43,036 nt of DNA from Chrysochromulina tobinii. Lineage: Eukaryota. The stretch's first letter is position 1. Every line of letters begins with the position of its first letter. The translations under genes were made by a program, and so were the position numbers. Below the pieces are notes generated by a model, which was not told where the DNA came from, did no database searches, and worked only from the letters and a program-made list of their open reading frames with translations. The stretch spans positions 1 through 43,036 of the forward strand of contig JWZX01003086.1 in assembly GCA_001275005.1 (NCBI GenBank). The letters are read 5' to 3'. Of this stretch, positions 32,242-41,812 are shown piece by piece.

Positions 32242-32723
32242 AGCGTGCTCGAGACGGCGCGCCGCCGGAGAGGACGCGCGCAGCGTGTCCGCAGTCCCGC
32301 CCTTCCACTGGTGAGGTCGAGACGGGATGCTGCTGCGCCTGCCTGACGAGGTCGACGACGGGACGCCGCTGCCTGGCCATCTGCCTGGCATTCGTCGCTT
32401 CTTAACTTGATGATACGATTCTTGCGCACGCGCCGCGCGCACACGTTTGTTGATAGTGGTGATTTTCCAGTTTCCAGAGCGCAGAGCGTCCGCCTCTCAC
32501 CGATCCGCTCTCTCGGGCAACTGGGTTTGGCAGCGCAGGATTTTAAAATCAGGCGAGGTCGGGCAGGTGCCCGCTCCCTCACGCGTCTATAACACGCGTC
32601 AAATCGGTGCGCGGGCGCGGCGTGGCGGATACACGTGTGATGGAGTGCAGAAAGCACTCCCACACGGGTGCCATTCACAAGGGCTGGCCCGAGCGTGAAT
32701 CCAAGAAAAATTAGGGCGGTCGT

Positions 32724-32817
32724 TCAGTTCACAGTTCAGTTACTACATAAACAACAGACAACCTAACGGAAGCCTATCGAATGTGCTCTCGACTGAACTG
32801 AACTGAAACTGAACTGA
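32724..32817. mobile_element. 94-bp MITE-like insertion with 10-bp target-site duplication
   Basis: GGGCGGTCGT direct repeats at 32714-32723 and 32818-32827; inverted ends TCAGTTCA / TGAACTGA. Confidence 0.6.
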
Positions 32818-32840
32818 GGGCGGTCGTACGAATTTCCGCG

Positions 32841-32909
32841 GTACCCGGTACTATTGTCGTACCGGTACACCGGTACGATTCTCGTGGTGAAACTGGTGTC
32901 TTTTTACCG
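32841..32909 (+). mobile_element. ACCGGT nest plus minimal retroelement tail
   Basis: taccggtacaccggtac (32860-32876) and ggtgtctttttaccg (32895-32909). Confidence 0.55.
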
Positions 32910-32960
32910 TCAACCGTGAGGACATGAGAGACCCTGGCTCGACGTGGGTTGCAAAGCTCT

Positions 32961-33884
32961 ATGCAATGCGCGGCTGCGTCAGCACCTTTGTGCAACTTGA
33001 CCCTGACAGGTATCAGCAGCATCCAGGTGCTGGACAGGTTGACCGATAACAGGTTTTGCCGTCAATTTCTCGGTGGAGGACCGTGCTGCCCGTGTGGACT
33101 CAATGCACTGCCCACGAACGCACTGGTCGTAGATGGTGGCACTTCGGATGATGCGGATGACGCTGTCCAATGGCTGAAAGAGCGGCCTAGCTGGACAGCC
33201 GTTGGCTTCGAAGCTGCTCCAGAGCGTTGCGCTCATGCGAGCGCTGTGTTGAAACGCTTCGGCACGCGTGCGCAGCTCAAATGCAAGGCTCTGTCTGATC
33301 ACGTGGGATTCGCCCGCTTTGGCCTCGAGAATGTGCAGCAGGGCAGCCTGCGCGAATCTTCGGAGGGTGTGACTGTCGAGACCACCACGCTTGACCATGA
33401 GCTCTCGGCCCATCGTCTCCCTATCTTTCTCCTCAAGCTCGACCTGCAGGGCGGTGAGTCTAAAGCGCTGCAAGGTGCGGCGCGCCTCTTTCGCGAGCGA
33501 CGCATCTTTTTCGTCTACGTCGAATTCGACCCCTACTTGCTCGACAGTGCAGGGAGCAGCGCCATGGAGTTGCTTGGAATACTGCACTCATATGGGATGA
33601 TGTGCCAGAACTTCCGCAGGCGCTATTGGACACCTTGGCTTTGCAACTATGTACGCGCTGACGGCAACCCGGCATGCTGGACCGACTTGCTCTGCGGGCA
33701 GATCCCCAATGGCTCCATGAGTACCAGCTGGCAGAAAGAGTTGACGGAAAGCTGGTGCAAAATTCAAAGTTTGCGCTCACAAGTGGACCTACAACGCCAC
33801 AACCGAAGGGGGACCTCTGGAACAGCACTGTACGGGCATCACGCTTCACGACCAATGAACTGTTCATTAGTTCACGGCCGCTAA
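32961..33884 (+). CDS. FkbM-family (Methyltransf_21) methyltransferase
   Basis: VVDGG, VGFEA, ALSD, TTLD, LLKLDLQGGE..ALQGA, VYVEF. Confidence 0.8.
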   Translation: MQCAAASAPLCNLTLTGISSIQVLDRLTDNRFCRQFLGGGPCCPCGLNALPTNALVVDGGTSDDADDAVQWLKERPSWTAVGFEAAPERCAHASAVLKRFGTRAQLKCKALSDHVGFARFGLENVQQGSLRESSEGVTVETTTLDHELSAHRLPIFLLKLDLQGGESKALQGAARLFRERRIFFVYVEFDPYLLDSAGSSAMELLGILHSYGMMCQNFRRRYWTPWLCNYVRADGNPACWTDLLCGQIPNGSMSTSWQKELTESWCKIQSLRSQVDLQRHNRRGTSGTALYGHHASRPMNCSLVHGR

Positions 33885-34284
33885 AACTGCTGGAGTTCAG
33901 CGGCACTGGCGTGGGACTGTTTCAATCCTTTCCGCTCGCCGCCCCTCACCGCACATCCAAGCGATCCTCACGCTGGAGATTCGAGCCGAGCCTAACGTAC
34001 CATGGGCCAAACAGTGTGTCGAACCGGTGCAACAGTCACGTTTTCAAGATCAAGTGTTTTTCACACTAAGTCACTAACAACATAACAACAACAGGAACCG
34101 TTAACAACAATACAACACTTTAACGTAGGATTTTTCCTTCATGTCATTTAAACAACTCCCGAGTTACTGCCTATTGTTGTCCGGCGGCGCCCGCGACCGA
34201 GCGTAACCGAGCCGTGACGAGCCTTCTGACTAGCCGGCACGCGCGCGCGGCATAAAGTAGCAGTCAGAGCACACCCACTCCTGT

Positions 34285-35550
34285 CTAGGCGAGCACCTCG
34301 GCGACGCAGCCATCACGCACTCGCACAAAGTTGGCCTTGCACAGCGGCCGGCCGGTACGTTGCTCGATGAGGAGCTGTGAGCGCTCGAGCCATGTGCTCG
34401 TGCACGCGGCGAGAACCGCTGCGAAGGCGAGCTCAGCGGTGCTGAGCTCGGGCGCAGCGGCCTGTGCGGGTGCTCTGTGGCCAGGCTTGCGCGGCGCGGC
34501 GCACTGCTCGGCGTGAAGCTCGGCAGCTTGCCGTAGGAGCGGCAGTGCGACCTCCGGATTCCGAAGCATTGTGAATCCGAGAGTACGCAGCACTGCGTCG
34601 TGAACGACGGGGCGGCCGGTGGCAACGAGGCGTAGGTCGGCGAGGCCAGCGTGGATGACGGGGCGGCCAATGAGGCTCTCGCCGTCGTGCGCATCCGCCC
34701 TCAGCACGAGTCGCGTGTCTCGTGTCATGAAGAGCGCACCCAGCCGCTCCGCCTGTGAGCCGTTGAACATGAAGAGGGCGAGGCCACTGCATGGCCAGTC
34801 CTCGGGGAGAGGGGCACCGCGCAGCCACGAGACGGCGGTCGGGGCGAGCCCAAGGAGCAAGGCGAGCGCCCACGGGCCACTGCCCAAAGGTGCTTCGCAG
34901 CAGAAGCCAACCACATAGCACGGCAGCGTCGTCATGAACGCCAGCCCGATTTGGAAGGACATGAGCATCGCAATGCCCACGTGCATGCCAACGAGCGCCA
35001 CCCAGCCGACCGCGCGGCCCGCGAACGGCGGCAGCAGGAGCGTGGCTGGCACGAGGCCACATTCGAGCAGGAGCGTGCCCACCGCGATCGCACGCAGCGC
35101 CCACGGCCGGGCTAATGTCCAACGACTCATGCGGCGGCTCAGCGGCGGTCGGCTCTGCGACTCGCAGTACATTCCAAGGTAGGCGCCCATCGTACCGGGC
35201 GCGAGCCACTCGCGCCCACCCACCTGCAGCTTGGCCACGCCGCTCGACAGGATGAAGTGCACGGCCACGCCCCAGGCCGCACCGCTCGCCCATCGCTCAG
35301 GCAGCAACATGGCCACCGCAGTGTACAGCAGCGGATACTCGCCGTGCCGGCCAGTAGACGACGACTCATTGAGATGGTAGAGCGCGACAATGGCAACTAC
35401 TGACGACCGCACGATCGGATGCGGCCAGAGCGTGCCAAGGGCAAAAGCAATCGGCACGGCGGCGAAGACTGCAGGTGCGTGTGAGCGAGAGGTCAGCGCC
35501 AGGAGCACAGAGCGACCTAGCCACGAGGGCCGCACGCGCACGCTGCCCAT
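34285..35550 (-). CDS. HTTM-like multi-pass membrane protein
   Basis: Several TM segments with HFILSSGVAKLQVGGREW, LLLE and GMHVGIA motifs; ORF is open to 35832, so the start is uncertain. Confidence 0.55.
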   Translation of the reverse strand: MGSVRVRPSWLGRSVLLALTSRSHAPAVFAAVPIAFALGTLWPHPIVRSSVVAIVALYHLNESSSTGRHGEYPLLYTAVAMLLPERWASGAAWGVAVHFILSSGVAKLQVGGREWLAPGTMGAYLGMYCESQSRPPLSRRMSRWTLARPWALRAIAVGTLLLECGLVPATLLLPPFAGRAVGWVALVGMHVGIAMLMSFQIGLAFMTTLPCYVVGFCCEAPLGSGPWALALLLGLAPTAVSWLRGAPLPEDWPCSGLALFMFNGSQAERLGALFMTRDTRLVLRADAHDGESLIGRPVIHAGLADLRLVATGRPVVHDAVLRTLGFTMLRNPEVALPLLRQAAELHAEQCAAPRKPGHRAPAQAAAPELSTAELAFAAVLAACTSTWLERSQLLIEQRTGRPLCKANFVRVRDGCVAEVLA

Positions 35551-35852
35551 GGCCAGGATGTGCAGGTGCTGCCCAGTCCTTAGGCGCACGAGTACCCACC
35601 ACGTGGTGAACGCTACGAATGAGAGCGAGTAGAAGTGGGCGTGGCACATCACGTTCACGTTAATTTGCCGTCTCGGCAAGACGCACAGCCACAGGTCCCT
35701 GGGCGTGGCACATCGATCCGTGCTGTTTGTGTTCTCGTGAACGGAAAATAATTTATCCGCAAATATCAAGTAGCGTGATAATTGTTCAGCGCTCGCACGC
35801 GCAGGAAACAAATTATCAAATGATGAGAGCATTCATCAAGAAAGGAATTATC

Positions 35853-36497
35853 ATGCTGTCGTCGCTAGTCGACTACGCCGACTCTGACGACGACGACAAT
35901 TTGCTCGCTCCCACAATTGTGGCAACGCCACCGCTGCGATCAGCGCTGAGCATGCCAGCCTTTGCGGCAGCAATCCATCGGGACGACGAGGAGGACGAGG
36001 ACGATGAGGAAGGTGCAGCCAAGAAGGCAACGGCACCGCCCCCACCAACAAAGCCTGCGAGCGCGCTGCCAGATTTTGAAGAGGCACTCTCGAACGCAGA
36101 GACGCCTGCCTTCCTCTCAGTCCCCGCCGGCGACTTTGAGCACGTTTCATTCGACATGCGCCCGCCCGCGCCAGAGCCTAGCGCGCAGCCGAATGCCGCC
36201 GCTGCATCTACCAGAGAGGCTGATCGGAGCAGCACCTGCGCGCCCAGGCCAGGCGTTGCGGCTGCAGCGCAGTCGGCCGCTGCAGCGGCCGCTGCCATGA
36301 GAGAGCGGGCCCGCGGCGGCAAGGCTGCTGCTGGCAAGGGAGGTGCGGGCAAGGGCGGTGCGGACAAGGAAAAGGAGAAGATGGACATGAAGGAACGGAC
36401 GAAGCTGAAGCGGCAGCGCGACCAGAGCGCCTCCTTCCTTGGTGGCCAGTGGAAATCGGAAGAGGAGATGCATCTCAGGGACCACTTTGACAGCTGA
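35853..36497 (+). CDS. Conserved eukaryotic low-complexity protein of unknown function, probably nuclear
   Basis: SLVDYADSDDD N-terminus and KERTKLKRQRDQS...WKSEEEMHLRDHFD C-terminus. Confidence 0.7.
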   Translation: MLSSLVDYADSDDDDNLLAPTIVATPPLRSALSMPAFAAAIHRDDEEDEDDEEGAAKKATAPPPPTKPASALPDFEEALSNAETPAFLSVPAGDFEHVSFDMRPPAPEPSAQPNAAAASTREADRSSTCAPRPGVAAAAQSAAAAAAAMRERARGGKAAAGKGGAGKGGADKEKEKMDMKERTKLKRQRDQSASFLGGQWKSEEEMHLRDHFDS

Positions 36498-36768
36498 TGG
36501 TTATGGCTGTCTTGCCGCCACAGTGTGGCTGAGATGAGCGCATGAGCCCTACACGCTACAGTCAGCACAGTGTCAAAGAATCGTTGCACGGCCCATCACA
36601 TCCCTTCTAAAACATGTCTCAAACCGTCTAATTGTGGACTGGGCAAATCTATCTTTGGACTTGTGTCCTTTTCGAGCGAGTTTGGAAACCTCTTCTCTGC
36701 AAGGCCCGCGGCGATAAGGGGTCTCACAGTCCGCGACGGCGGCGTCGGCGCGACCGCGCCGCAAGAAG

Positions 36769-37962
36769 ATGGCTTCTTTCAAGAAAGCCAAGGGCAAGAT
36801 CATGTTGTCGATCTCAAACGGACGCAACGGACTGGGCATCACCAGCCGCCTCGCCGAGCTCAACGACCTCGACATGTCGCTAGAATCGGCGCGTGAAAAG
36901 ATACGTGCGATATCTCTTGAAGAAAGCAACATCGACGTTAGTCAGCTAAAGAAGATTAAGAGGATCGGCGAGGGCGGTTTCGCCATCGTCGAGCTGCATG
37001 AGCTCACTTTACCCGACGGCACCGTGACAAAGGTTGCGGTCAAAATCCTCAAGGACAAGGTGCCTGGCCCGAAGCCCAAGGCGGTGCCTGGCGCCGACTA
37101 CGAGCCGCCGCCCATGGTTTCAGTGCCGCCGGAGGCCATTGCGCGCTTCGAGGCGGAGGCTGTGCTCACCAAGCTCTTCAAGAGCAAGAACGTGGTGAAA
37201 TCGTATGGAATCGCGAAAGGCTCCGATAAGTTCATGTTTGTGCAGGAGTGCTGCTCGGGAGGCTCGCTGCTAGATAAGATACAAAAGCCTCGTTCGTACT
37301 CGGCCGAGGAGGCGCTGGGATGGGCGATTGACACGGCACGTGGCCTCGCCTACTTGCAAGGCAGCTCGGTCAACATTTCGGTTGCGCATCGCGACCTCAA
37401 GCCCGAGAACATCCTGATCTCTGACGAGGGCGTGGCGAAGATTGCCGACTTTGGGCTCTCGCGAATGATGGATCCCGAGGTGAACCGACAGCAGGAGCTC
37501 GTCGGCGAGGACGTGATGAAGGACCAATTCGGCCCGGATGGCCACTCGTTTAGCAAGATGACAAGGCAGACGGGCACTGCGCGCTACATGGCGCCAGAGT
37601 GCTTCACGTCGACGGACTACAGCAGAAAGGTGGACGTCTTCTCGTATGGCATCATGATCTATGAGCTGTGGACGAGGAAGCGTGCCTACGAAGACCTCTA
37701 CTTGACGATGGATACCGTCGCCAAGATGGTGGCGACGGAGAACTTTCGGCCCACGATTCCGAAGCACTGGCCGCCTGAGCTCAAAGGCTTCATCGAGGAG
37801 TGCTGGCATCCCAATCCGGAGGTTCGCCCCGAGTTTGACGCCATCGTCGTGCGGCTCACGAAGATGATGCAGGCCATCAATGAGGCGACGGAGGCGGGGC
37901 AGGTACATCCAGCGCTGGCCGCGCTCGAACCTCCTATGTCTGCCTGCTGCACGATCAGCTAG
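36769..37962 (+). CDS. Tyrosine-kinase-like (TKL) protein kinase
   Basis: GEGGFA, VAVK, HRDLKPEN, DFG, GTARYMAPE, DVFSYG, CW..RP. Confidence 0.95.
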   Translation: MASFKKAKGKIMLSISNGRNGLGITSRLAELNDLDMSLESAREKIRAISLEESNIDVSQLKKIKRIGEGGFAIVELHELTLPDGTVTKVAVKILKDKVPGPKPKAVPGADYEPPPMVSVPPEAIARFEAEAVLTKLFKSKNVVKSYGIAKGSDKFMFVQECCSGGSLLDKIQKPRSYSAEEALGWAIDTARGLAYLQGSSVNISVAHRDLKPENILISDEGVAKIADFGLSRMMDPEVNRQQELVGEDVMKDQFGPDGHSFSKMTRQTGTARYMAPECFTSTDYSRKVDVFSYGIMIYELWTRKRAYEDLYLTMDTVAKMVATENFRPTIPKHWPPELKGFIEECWHPNPEVRPEFDAIVVRLTKMMQAINEATEAGQVHPALAALEPPMSACCTIS

Positions 37963-38643
37963 ATGGCACTTGCAAAGGCACTGGCACTGGCGCAAACGGT
38001 GCATACCCTCTCTTCCCCCCATACCGAACAGGCATGCACCGAACTTGCATGCGGAATTTCAACAGAAGCCATCTACGGCTGTCCTGTTTCGTTTCTTGTG
38101 TTTGAGTGTGTAATGGTTTGTCCCTGTGATTGCATGCCACCGTTGGCGTTGCGCGCGCCCCGGCGCGGGTTTCGCCTGTGTGTAGGTACGGTCCCTGTGG
38201 ACGTGTGGAGCGCGCCGCTTGGCGCGACCGTCGAGCGGTCGGGTCGGGTCCGTCGGGGTCGAGGTCCCGTCGGGGGTCAGATATTCCCGGTGTGCCCGCG
38301 GCGCGGCGCCGGGTGGGTCGCGCGGTGTAGTTCGTACGGCGGCCGCGTGTCGCACAGTGGCGGTCGCAGCACCGCTCGTCACCCCATCGCCCATGCGCAA
38401 CAGTGTTGCGGCGCGACAATAACCGAACATAGACATTGCGATTTTTAGAGCACACCGGGCCGCGGGAGCGAGGACGGAGACGAGCGGAGAGTCAGACCGG
38501 GATCAGCGCGCAAAACTAAGCTCTAAGGGACATACACGAGAGGAGCTGTACGGCGTTAGACCTTTTCTTCGCGCGAGACAACGGAGTCGGAGAGAAGACG
38601 CATCGATCGCTAGAACTTCGCGAACTTCGCGAACATCGTGGAC

Positions 38644-41600
38644 TCAGAAGAGACTCTCTGCGATGGCCTCCTCCCATTCCCACTTTTTCAGCTCCCACTC
38701 GTAGCGATTTCGACTCGTCGAGAGCAGCCTCTTCAAGCTGGAAGCCCCGTGACCGGAGCCGCTGGCGTGGTCGGAGCAGTTCGTTGGTTTCGGTGGTGAG
38801 AATGGCTTTCCTTGCGGAATGCCCGAATGATCAAGATCACCTTCGGCGGTAACAGTGCTGGCCCGCCGGGGCTTTGGCTTGCGCCAGATGCCCCGGATTC
38901 GGCTAACGCCGCGAGTGTCGCAGCTGGTGGCGTCGTGGCCGCTAGTGTCGTGGGCGCTCTGATGCGGCGCATCCGCGACGCGCTGGTTCAATTGAGATGG
39001 CCTCTTCCGCGTGGCTGCTTCCATCAAAGATTGCTTCTTCCGCGTTCGCTCTTCCACCTGTCGCACGATGGTCTCGAGCACGGCGGTGGACGCCTGATGG
39101 TTCTCACGCTGGTCTCGCTGCGTGCCCGGAGAAGGAGGTCCCCAGCTCATGCTTGAGGAGCGCTCGACGAGGAGGCTTGAATCGGAGGCACCCATCTTGT
39201 TGCCGAGCGCCGACAGGCCGACGGAGGCACCCATCTTGTTGCCGAGCGCCGATAGGCCGCGCGTCATCTCCGGAGGCGCAGCCACATGCAACCTTGGAAC
39301 TGAGTATGTGCCGTCCACGTGGACATGTGCGCTGCCATGGGTCCTGTCGAGGCACTTGCCGTGGAAGCCGTTCGGGACAGATTTGCTTCGGGGCAGACCT
39401 GCTGTCGCGTTCTCAGCTGTGTCTGGGGATCGTCGGAGTGAATCTTCCAGTTCCCTGTTCTGATGAGCCTCAAGGGCGTCCTTTTGAGCTTGTTTCACCG
39501 CTTTCTTGAGTTCGTCCGAAGAGAGGTGACCGTTGCGATCCGTGTCGATCTGGTCAAAAAGCGCCTCTGCTTTGGTCGCGAGATCTTCCATATCGAACTT
39601 GATGGGCTCGTGGGGCGCGAGGAGGCCGAAGCAGTGCGCGTGGAGCGAGCCTCGCAGCCCATCCTTGCGCAGCCGCCACATCCACGAGGAGCCCAGCAAC
39701 TGCGGCACGACGAGCGCGAGGACGATGAGGATGCCGAGCGTGGCACTGAAGAAGAGCCACGCAGGTCGTGACTGGACGCCGGCCGGCTCTTCATCGTCGC
39801 CCCGCGTCAGCAGTGCAAACGCAAACGTGAACAGCGAGCCGAGGAGCCCGAACATGCCCGCGCCTGTGGTGGCAGGGGGGAGAGAGGGGAGGCGAGGGCG
39901 ACGGGGAGGCACGGATGCGGGGGTGAGCTGAGTTGGGCGCATGATATGGGGCGCATGCAACGGAGCGCATGATAGGGGGCGCATGCATTGGGGCGCATGG
40001 TAGCGACGACTCGCAGCCAGCAGGCGGGGGAGGGGAAGGGGTGACTTGGGCGGCTGGGACGGCTCAGCACGCACGAAAGCAAGTCTCGACGAACATGGCG
40101 AGGCCAGAGCAACGCTGACTAAACCAGTCACTGAAGTTCCAAATGTGCCGGCCTGGGGATCCCGCTTTGCACGTCTCGATGACGTATTGTTGCCGGAGCA
40201 CCCGGTCAAACTTCCCAACGTACTTCTCGTCTCGTAACTCTCGTCTCGCGAGCTCCTGATCGCGCCAGTCCTCCATGAGCGGCGGCGCCAGTCCGTCGCC
40301 GCCGCTCATGCCGGCGCCGTCGTACAGACTGCCGTCGGCGCAGAACCGGTCGTCGTCGGGTTTTCCGAGCATGTGGACAGCGATTCGTCTGAGATTCTTG
40401 TTCATCAGCTGCTGCTTCTGCACGCGCAGGTCCATGAACTCGGCGAAGCGGGACGTGAGCGCGAGGCAGCCCATGATGACACACAGCTCACAGCCGAAGC
40501 CCCATGCGAGCAAAAAGTAGTGCAGGGCGGCCACCTCGAACAGGCAGCTACCGCTTCGTAGCTCGACGAGGCATCCGGACGTTGGGGGCAGCTGCCCTTC
40601 GATCACGAGAACGAAGCCGCCGGAGATGAGTAGCGAGGAGGCGGTCATGAGCATCTGGAAGCGCTCGGTGCGCTGCTCCCAGAGGTCGCGATCTGCCTCG
40701 CGATCCTGCTCGCGGAGATCGGCCAGGATGCCCTCAAAGTGGAGCCGGTGGTCCACGCGGCGCGCCTGCTGGTACAGCCGGCGCTCTTGCCGGATGCTCT
40801 CGAGATGCTGCAGCTGCGACTTTCGTAGTGCTTCGAGGTGATGCTCCCTGTCTTGAGCGATGTTCTCTTTGTGCAGCTCCGCGGCGTTGGCCAATCCTTC
40901 CTCGTGGTGCTTCATGTCCTGCGCGAGCGCGATGCGCTGCAGCTCGCGCGACATCTCCTGCGCTTGCAAGTGGTGCTCATGTGTCGTCAAGCTCGACGTC
41001 AGGCCTGAGGCGGCGGCGGCGGCGGCGGCGATGCCGGACGCCAACTTTATAGGCAGCTCGCTCGACTTTATAGGCAGCTCCTTCGACGCTAGTTTCGCGA
41101 GCGGCGCAGCGACGGCTGAGACCGCAGCGACGGCTGAGAGATGCGACACGTACCTGTTCATCCTGCTCGACTGCTGTGGCACCACGTCAAGGCCGGCAGT
41201 CGACGACGAGGCTGCGGCCGATCTAGGTGCGACACCGCCGGTCGCATCAACTGTCGCCGCAGTGGATGGCGCAGGCGCAGCTGGACCGTCCATGTGGCCT
41301 TCCGCCTGCTTCTTCGCGCGTGTGAGAGCCTTGGCCAGTTTTGCTGTCACACTGGGCTCCACTTCGAGGCCCAGCTGGTACACCTTGACGGCTTCACTGT
41401 GACGGCCGAGTTTCTCCAACGCGATGCCCAGCGCGAGCGACTCTTCGTAGTAGTTCTGGCCGACCGTATCGCGGCCGAGGCGCTCCAGCGCGATGCGCTC
41501 GAGCGACTCTTCGTAGTAGTTCTGGCAGACCGTACGGGCCGAGCGGTACAACTTGTCGGTCTCGTTCTTTTGGTCGAGCTCTCGATCGACGTGATTTAAG

Positions 41601-41701
41601 AGCTCGACCGCCTCTTCAGCAAAGCGGTCGACCGCCTCCGCGAATCGCCCCTCCTCCATGGCCACCTTCCATTCGGGCTCATGTGTCACCGCCGGCCGCA
41701 T
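38644..41701 (-). CDS. TPR-like + coiled coil + 4-TM (Orai-like TM1) + EF-hand protein, 2 exons (41701-40075, 39863-38644)
   Basis: LGIALEKLGRHSEAVKVYQLGLEVEP (TPR); ASSLLISGGFVLVIEGQLP; a GTGCG..CAG intron at 40074-39864 joins the ORFs in frame (TCFR|AGMF); EF loop DTDRNGHLSSDE. Confidence 0.65.
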
Positions 41702-41812
41702 AAACTGTCGCCGCAGTGGCTGGCGCAGGCGCAGCTGGACCGTCCCTTGCGGAGCATAGCCGTTAGTCGGCGCATGAATGCGCGTTTGTGTGACACGCAG
41801 AACTTACCGGTA

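Noticed and set aside
38150..38460. Possible ncRNA in GC-rich intergenic DNA (also 16660-16990)
   Set aside because: No tRNA cloverleaf, rRNA or snRNA signature recognised by eye
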